A DNA stretch of 56,531 bases from a virus, in IMG/VR virus record IMGVR_UViG_3300028578_000004, positions 1 through 56,531 of that record; one strand, written 5' to 3'. Position numbers and translations under genes: made by a program. Positions within the stretch are counted from its first letter, which is position 1. Each line of letters starts with the position of its first letter. Positions 51,212 to 56,531 of the stretch are shown piece by piece. The notes under the pieces were generated by a model that saw only the letters and a program-made list of their open reading frames with translations, was not told the DNA's origin and searched no databases.

Positions 51212-51661
51212 GTGGAGCCGACCACCTTTACCACCGCGGAAGCCTGTGCGTTGACGGGCGTGGACTCGCGGCGCCTGACGGAGTGGATCGGGCGGGGCCT
51301 CATCCCTGGGCAGAAGCCCAAGCGTCAGGGCTCGCCGGGCAAGGAGCAACGGCGGTACACGTTTGCGCAGATCGACCGGATACGGGAGTTGAAAGCGCAG
51401 GGGCGCAAGAGAAGTAAGCGCACCCCGACCCCCTCGCCCGAGGGGTTGCTGTCCACCCAAGAGGTCTGCGATCTCACTGGCGCGACATACCGGCAGGTCA
51501 CGTACTGGGTGGATCGTGGCTACGTGAAGGCAGAGCGGCGCAAGCCTCCGGGTGTGAAGATCGCGTTCTTCTTCGATCAGATCGCTGTGGAACGGATTCA
51601 GCGCCTCAAGGCGGCTTCCGATGAGCGTCGCAAACGCCTCGATGAGCAGGTCGCGTCGTGA
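51212..51661 (+). CDS. DNA-binding protein with two MerR/excisionase-type HTH repeats
   Basis: FTTAEACALTGVDSRRLTEWIGRGLIP and LSTQEVCDLTGATYRQVTYWVDRGYVK. GTG 51212 has no obvious RBS. Confidence 0.75.
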   Translation: MEPTTFTTAEACALTGVDSRRLTEWIGRGLIPGQKPKRQGSPGKEQRRYTFAQIDRIRELKAQGRKRSKRTPTPSPEGLLSTQEVCDLTGATYRQVTYWVDRGYVKAERRKPPGVKIAFFFDQIAVERIQRLKAASDERRKRLDEQVAS

Positions 51662-52410
51662 GCATCGTCCGCGTAGCAAAGCGCGAGCGCTACGTCATCA
51701 TCGATAAGACCGGGCTTGAGGACGCAGACCTTTCGTTCCGGGCTACCGGCCTGTTGTCCTACCTGCTGTCGAAGCCGGACCACTGGACGATTTCCTACCG
51801 GGCATTGGCCGAGGTCAAAAGAGAGGGCGAGCACGCTGTACTGACGGCCCTGGCCGAGCTTGAGGAAGCGGGCTATCTCAAGAGGCACCGCAAGCAGAAC
51901 GCGAGAGGCCAGTGGGAGTGGGAGCAGGTGCTCTATGAGTGCCCGACCTGTCTGCCCGAGGACGAGGCCGTGCCGCAGGAATCCCTGCATGGCGCGACCA
52001 GCACAAACGCAGAATCCCGAGACGCGGATACCCCTTCAGGGAAAAGCGCGGCTCATAGTGAAGAAGGATCAGTGAAAACTGACAGTGAAGAAACAGATAC
52101 GTTCGCCCACTTCTGGAGCCTCTACCCGACCCGCAACGGCAAGAGGCTCTACCGCGCAAAGGCAGAAGATCAGTGGAAGCGCCTTTGTCCTCCTGAGCGC
52201 GATCGGGCTATCGCCGGGGTTGAGCACTACCGGATCGCGTGTGGTACCGGGATCACCATCGCGAAGGACGCGTTCCGCTGGCTGCGCGACAAGGCGTTCG
52301 AGGACTGGCAGACCCCGGCCACCCCCGATGCATCGACCAACGGCCACCGCGGCAGACGACCGCCTCACCGAGTAGATGACGCGTGGGTCGGGGTGGAGGA
52401 GACGGTATGA
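51658..52410 (+). CDS. Replication initiation or organiser protein with a DnaD-like N-terminal winged helix
   Basis: GTGA overlap start. YVIIDKTGLEDADLSFRATGLLSYLLSKPDHWTISYRALAEV..VLTALAELEEAGYLKR. Confidence 0.6.
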   Translation: MSIVRVAKRERYVIIDKTGLEDADLSFRATGLLSYLLSKPDHWTISYRALAEVKREGEHAVLTALAELEEAGYLKRHRKQNARGQWEWEQVLYECPTCLPEDEAVPQESLHGATSTNAESRDADTPSGKSAAHSEEGSVKTDSEETDTFAHFWSLYPTRNGKRLYRAKAEDQWKRLCPPERDRAIAGVEHYRIACGTGITIAKDAFRWLRDKAFEDWQTPATPDASTNGHRGRRPPHRVDDAWVGVEETV

Positions 52411-53657
52411 GCTTCGCCGTCGATCAGTTCGCGGGCCCCGGCGGGTGGGACGTGGCGTGCCGCGAGCTCGGGATCGAGGTCGTGGGCTACGAACTCGACC
52501 AGACCGCGTGCCAGACGCGCACGTTGGCGGGACTGCGGACGGTGCGAGCGGACGTTGCGGCCGTTGCCCTGACGGAGATTCGTTACCCCGTTGAGGGGCT
52601 GATCGCGTCGCCTCCGTGCCCTGCGTTCTCGAGCGCCGGCAAGCAGGAGGGCGTGAAGGACATCCCGAGCCTCCTGTCGATCGCGAGACACCTCAACGCG
52701 GCGGATCCCGACCATGATGAATGGGCACCCGTTTGGGATCGGTGGGTAGCTCTTGGCCGACCCGACTGGCACCATCCCGAGTCCCCGCTTGTGCTCGAAG
52801 TCCTCCGATGGGCACATCACTTCCGACCGCGCTGGATTGCGTGCGAGCAGGTGAAGGAAGTCCTGCCGTTCTGGCGGGCCGCGGCCGAGACCTTGCAGCG
52901 ATGGGGCTACCGGACCTGGGCGGGCATCCTAAATAGCGCGGACTACGGCGTCCCCCAGACTCGTCGACGAGCGATCCTCATGGCGTCTCTCGATCGACAG
53001 CCGCACGCACCGAACCCCACGCACCACGACCCGCGCAAGGGCCTGCCGATGTTCGGGCTGCCGTGGGTGAGCATGGCCGAGGCGCTGGGATGGGCAGAGG
53101 CGACCCCCGTGAACACCGGTCACGGTCAGGCGCCGATAGCAGACTCGGGGCAACCGGCGCGGACGGTCGTTCACGCATCCCGGTCGTGGCTCCTCCACAC
53201 CAACCGCGACCAGCGAGAGGACGGGTCGCGTCAGACGCGACCCGTTTCCGAACCGGCGCCTGCGCTCACCGGAAAGTCGGGAGGCCAGTGGAAGGTCACG
53301 ACGCGCGGAGACGCACGACCGCAGGACGCATTCGACCCAGAGGAGCGCCCGGCGAAGACGGTCACGGGTAAGGAGGGCTGGACGGTCGAACGCCCGGCTA
53401 CGACAGTCTGTGGGGACGCCCGAATCGGGCGTCCCGGGCACAAGGACCGCGAAGGTGGCGAGGCGCAGTTCGAGAAGGACTCGATCAAGATCACTGTGCG
53501 AGAGGCGGCGATCCTTCAAGGATTCCCGCCCGACTACCCGTGGCAGGGAACGAGGACAGCACAGTTCCGCCAAATTGGAAATGCAATTCCGGTGGGCCTG
53601 GCGAAAGCAATCCTAGAAGTGCTAGTGGGGGAGGCGGCAGATGCCGCAGCGGTATAA
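52407..53657 (+). CDS. DNA (cytosine-5)-methyltransferase
   Basis: Motif I DQFAGPGG, motif IV ASPPCPAFS, CEQVKEV (ENV-like), QTRRR, and motix X-type FRQIGNAIPV. Confidence 0.9.
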   Translation: MSFAVDQFAGPGGWDVACRELGIEVVGYELDQTACQTRTLAGLRTVRADVAAVALTEIRYPVEGLIASPPCPAFSSAGKQEGVKDIPSLLSIARHLNAADPDHDEWAPVWDRWVALGRPDWHHPESPLVLEVLRWAHHFRPRWIACEQVKEVLPFWRAAAETLQRWGYRTWAGILNSADYGVPQTRRRAILMASLDRQPHAPNPTHHDPRKGLPMFGLPWVSMAEALGWAEATPVNTGHGQAPIADSGQPARTVVHASRSWLLHTNRDQREDGSRQTRPVSEPAPALTGKSGGQWKVTTRGDARPQDAFDPEERPAKTVTGKEGWTVERPATTVCGDARIGRPGHKDREGGEAQFEKDSIKITVREAAILQGFPPDYPWQGTRTAQFRQIGNAIPVGLAKAILEVLVGEAADAAAV

Positions 53658-54000
53658 GAAGCGGAAAATCGCGGGGAAGACCTACAGCGAACACAGGCTC
53701 GTCATGGAGAAGAAGCTCGGGAGACCGCTTCGCGCCGATGAGGTCGTGCATCACATTGACCACGACCGCTTCAACAACGATCCCGACAACCTCACGGTTA
53801 TGTCGCACGCCGAGCACTCGGCGCTGCACAACAACCGGTACCCACGGGTCAAGGTATGCGAGACGTGTGGGAAGGAATACGAACCGGCACCCACCAAGCG
53901 CGCTCGGTCGAGGACGTGCTCGCGGGACTGCTTGCGGGCCTTGCAGTCGAAGATCGCGATCGAGAACAACGCCGCAAGTAGGTTGCCGTGGAACGCGTAA
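53641..54000 (+). CDS. HNH endonuclease
   Basis: EHRLVMEKKLGRPLRADEVVHHIDHDRFNNDPDNLTVMSHAEHSALH, followed by a CETCGK ribbon. Confidence 0.85.
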   Translation: MPQRYKKRKIAGKTYSEHRLVMEKKLGRPLRADEVVHHIDHDRFNNDPDNLTVMSHAEHSALHNNRYPRVKVCETCGKEYEPAPTKRARSRTCSRDCLRALQSKIAIENNAASRLPWNA

Positions 54001-54015
54001 CCGAGGGGGCCGAGC

Positions 54016-54759
54016 GTGTCGCCTGACCCCCAGCACATCGGCACAACGGTCGAGCAAGTTCGGGAAAGCCTCAACAGGGCCCGGGGGCGCAGGAACCTCC
54101 CCCCGCTCCCGGTCCCTACTCCCGAAGACCTCGAACGCATCGCGGCCGAGGAAGCCGAACGCGACCGGCAGATCGCGCTCGAGCACGTTTTGAGCTTCGT
54201 ACCCGACCAGTTCGCGGACGCGACGATCGACGACTTCCCGGCGCGCGTGCAGAAGATCGGACGCGCGTGGATCGAAGACCCCGCGTTCATCGGCGGGCTG
54301 CTAATCCTCGGGCCACTCGGAACCGGTAAGACGCGGCTGCTGTGGGCGCTGTACCGCGGGCTCGCGATGAACGCAGGGCCGCGAATGCGCGTCGCGAAGG
54401 TCGTACGCATCATGCGCGAGCTCAAGCCCGGCGGCGAGGAAGCCGACAACCCCACGGCTCTGGCACGACTGAGAGACGTTCCGATCCTCGCGCTCGATGA
54501 TCTCGGGGTCGAAGAACACACGGCCTGGGAACGCTTAAGGCTCTACGAACTGGTCGACGCGCGTTACGAGGCGAACCTACCGACGCTGGTGTCCTCGAAC
54601 CTGCCGGTGCGCGATGACCGGCTCAAGGCGCGCGAGAAGCAGCTCGGTCATCCGATCCCCGCGCTGGAAGACGCGGTGGGCGATCGCGTGGTGTCGCGGT
54701 TGGTCGGGACGTCTCAGGTGATCCAGCTGGTGGGTAGCGACCGGAGGCGGGCGAAGTGA
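54016..54759 (+). CDS. DnaC/IstB-like AAA+ helicase loader
   Basis: Walker A LILGPLGTGKT and Walker B ILALDDLG, then ELVDARY. Confidence 0.8.
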   Translation: MSPDPQHIGTTVEQVRESLNRARGRRNLPPLPVPTPEDLERIAAEEAERDRQIALEHVLSFVPDQFADATIDDFPARVQKIGRAWIEDPAFIGGLLILGPLGTGKTRLLWALYRGLAMNAGPRMRVAKVVRIMRELKPGGEEADNPTALARLRDVPILALDDLGVEEHTAWERLRLYELVDARYEANLPTLVSSNLPVRDDRLKAREKQLGHPIPALEDAVGDRVVSRLVGTSQVIQLVGSDRRRAK

Positions 54760-55019
54760 CCTGCCGTCTGATAGAGCGACTTGAGCAGTCAGAGTGCCCG
54801 GGCTGCCGTGACGCGGCGAAGGAGTTAGAACGCCTGCGCTCAATCCGCCACGCGCAGCAAGCAGAGCTGAAGTCCCTAAACAAGAGGCTAGGTGCCCTGC
54901 GGAAGAAGTACGTCGCGCTCGGCGGACACCTGCCTAAGCAGCGCCGTAAGGTCGCTCGGAGACCTCGAAGGGCAAGCCTCGCCACGGAGAGGCGGTGTGC
55001 TCGTGACGCATCGCAGTAA
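54756..55019 (+). CDS. Hypothetical protein with a CPGC motif (87 aa)
   Basis: GTGA overlap start. Confidence 0.6.
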   Translation: MTCRLIERLEQSECPGCRDAAKELERLRSIRHAQQAELKSLNKRLGALRKKYVALGGHLPKQRRKVARRPRRASLATERRCARDASQ

Positions 55020-55161
55020 GAAGCCGAAGGTCGCGGCCGAACGGCAATGTGGCGAGCTTTCACCGTTCACGCGCCGAGGGGGAGACATTCGCTGTGTCCT
55101 AAAGAAGGGTCACAAGGGACGCCACCGTGCCCGCAATCTCCACCAGTGGGAGCGCCGGTGA
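54997..55161 (+). CDS. Hypothetical basic small protein (54 aa)
   Basis: GTG 54997 after GGAGAGG. Overlaps the previous gene by 23 nt. Confidence 0.45.
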   Translation: MLVTHRSKKPKVAAERQCGELSPFTRRGGDIRCVLKKGHKGRHRARNLHQWERR

Positions 55162-55403
55162 GCACCTGCAACCGCGAAGACTGCGTGAACGGCTGGATCT
55201 TCGACCCCGAGACGAACAAGGCCCTTGACCGCTGCCGCGTGTGCGACCCGGACTACGTATCACCCGAAGAACGTGACCGCATCCGACGCGAGGAGCGCGA
55301 GGTCAAGGCGCGCCGCGCGGAGAAGCGCAGGCGCGCGGAACTAGGCGAGGCCACCAAGCAAGAGACCGAAGAGCTAAGAGGGTCGCTGCCGTACAAAGAC
55401 TGA
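55158..55403 (+). CDS. Hypothetical protein with CxxxxC..CxxC (81 aa)
   Basis: GTGA overlap start. Confidence 0.6.
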   Translation: MSTCNREDCVNGWIFDPETNKALDRCRVCDPDYVSPEERDRIRREEREVKARRAEKRRRAELGEATKQETEELRGSLPYKD

Positions 55404-55418
55404 GAAGGGACTGAGCGA

Positions 55419-56531
55419 ATGGCAGGCGGAAACCGCTACTACTTTTTCAAGCGCGACGGCGTGAACAAGCGTTACCTGCGCGTGACGACGATCATCGACC
55501 TCGGGATACCGAAGCCCGCGCTCATCGGGTGGGCGGCGCGCGTCACGGCAGAGGCCGCGTACGACGGGATCGCGACGCTGTACTCGTTCCAGAAGCGCGA
55601 TGACCGCGAGGCCGCGGTCGACTGGTTGAAGAGCCAGCGGTTCCGCAAGAAAGAGGAAGCAGCGCTCAAGGGCACGCAGATTCACACGGCGATCGAGGCG
55701 TACAAGCTCGGCCGGCCATACCCAGGGGTCCCGCGAAACGTGCGCCCGTTCTATGACGGGTTCCTGAGGATGCTGAACGACCAACGCCCGATCGTTCTCC
55801 AGACGGAGGCGAACGTCTTCAATGACAAGCGCGTATACGCGGGGACGCTCGACACGATCATGGTGTGGCCGAACCTGCCGAAGACGCTGGCTGCGCGCGG
55901 GATCGACGTCGAGGAGTTCTACCCGCAGCCGTGGAAAGACCCGCGGGGCCCGGTGCTCGTAGGCGACTACAAGTCGGGCTGGATATACCCGGAGGTCGCG
56001 TTGCAACTGACGGGGTACCGAAACAGTGAGTTCATCGGCGGGCCCGATGGCGCGGTGTACGAGATGCCGGAAACCGATGGCGGGATCGCGATCGCGCTGC
56101 GCCCGGGCTACACGGAGGTCATCCCCGTTGAGACCAGTGAGCGGGTGTGGAACGCGTTTCTGTTCGCGTACGAGATCGCGCGCTGGCAGGAGGACATCTC
56201 GAAGAACGTCATCGGCAAGCCGCTGCTCATCTACGAAGCCCCCCCCGGGCCCGAGAACCCCGACGACCTCGTCAAGCAGATAGGCGAGCTATGGGACCGA
56301 CTGGCCGCGGCAGAGGCCGAACTAGCCGACCCCCTGCCCGAGTACAAGGTCGCGACGTCAGGCCGCGGCGCGGACCCCAAGCGGCACGCGATCGCAGACC
56401 CGCCACCCAAGCATCAGTCAGGCAAGCAGTACGCGGCGCTGTGCGGGGGACAGGTAGCGAAGCCCGATGACAATGCCGAGACCTTCAACCCCTACGGGCG
56501 CAACGTGTGCGGGACGTGCGCGGCGAAGGCG
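55419..56531 (+). CDS. Cas4/RecB-like PD-(D/E)XK exonuclease with a C-terminal Cys-containing extension; runs off the window end and finishes at 128..169
   Basis: Hand-translated; absent from the ORF track because there is no stop within the window. Motifs GTLDTIMV, LVGDYKSG (D-x-K) and ALQLTGY (QxxxY). The C-terminal part has CGG..CGTC. Confidence 0.8.
   Translation, partial: MAGGNRYYFFKRDGVNKRYLRVTTIIDLGIPKPALIGWAARVTAEAAYDGIATLYSFQKRDDREAAVDWLKSQRFRKKEEAALKGTQIHTAIEAYKLGRPYPGVPRNVRPFYDGFLRMLNDQRPIVLQTEANVFNDKRVYAGTLDTIMVWPNLPKTLAARGIDVEEFYPQPWKDPRGPVLVGDYKSGWIYPEVALQLTGYRNSEFIGGPDGAVYEMPETDGGIAIALRPGYTEVIPVETSERVWNAFLFAYEIARWQEDISKNVIGKPLLIYEAPPGPENPDDLVKQIGELWDRLAAAEAELADPLPEYKVATSGRGADPKRHAIADPPPKHQSGKQYAALCGGQVAKPDDNAETFNPYGRNVCGTCAAKA
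56405..56531. repeat. Second copy of the 127-nt terminal repeat
   Basis: Identical to 1..127. Confidence 0.95.

Overview
The window is a complete, circularly closed genome of a high-GC tailed phage with a siphovirus-type tail module. The host is probably an actinobacterium, judging from GC-rich codons, many GTG starts and pervasive ATGA/GTGA start-stop overlaps. The first 127 bases are identical to the last 127, so the unique length is about 56.4 kb, and one gene (a Cas4/RecB-like exonuclease) runs across the junction. All convincing genes are on the + strand.

Gene order:
- Recombination module: exonuclease, partner protein, LexA-like wHTH and RusA, followed by a SAP-domain protein.
- Three HNH endonucleases in a row.
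- A long run of small, mostly Cys-rich ORFs.
- TerS, a zinc-finger ORF and TerL.
- A 427-nt gap plus a 6-kb accessory island that includes an Arr-like ADP-ribosyltransferase, a DUF1360-like membrane protein and a HIT hydrolase.
- Portal-MuF fusion and prohead protease.
- About 690 nt of strongly base-paired non-coding sequence.
- Capsid-module proteins and a tail-fibre-like protein with a polysaccharide deacetylase domain.
- Head-tail adaptor.
- A 6.7-kb island carrying two glycosyltransferases, a methyltransferase, an HNH and a papain-like peptidase.
- Neck proteins, frameshifted tail chaperones, tape measure and minor tail proteins.
- Amidase endolysin and three membrane proteins.
- A 353-nt control region.
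- Tandem MerR-type HTH protein, DnaD-like protein, C5 DNA methyltransferase, HNH and DnaC-like loader.

I saw no tRNA, rRNA, CRISPR array, integrase, DNA polymerase or reverse transcriptase.

The most unusual items are:
- The large structured non-coding region inside the head operon.
- The Arr-like ADP-ribosyltransferase and HIT island that splits terminase from portal.
- An exact 13-nt motif repeated upstream of three small zinc-ribbon genes.
- The glycosylation-type island that splits the head-tail joining genes.

All functional calls rest on motif recognition by eye. No database search was run.
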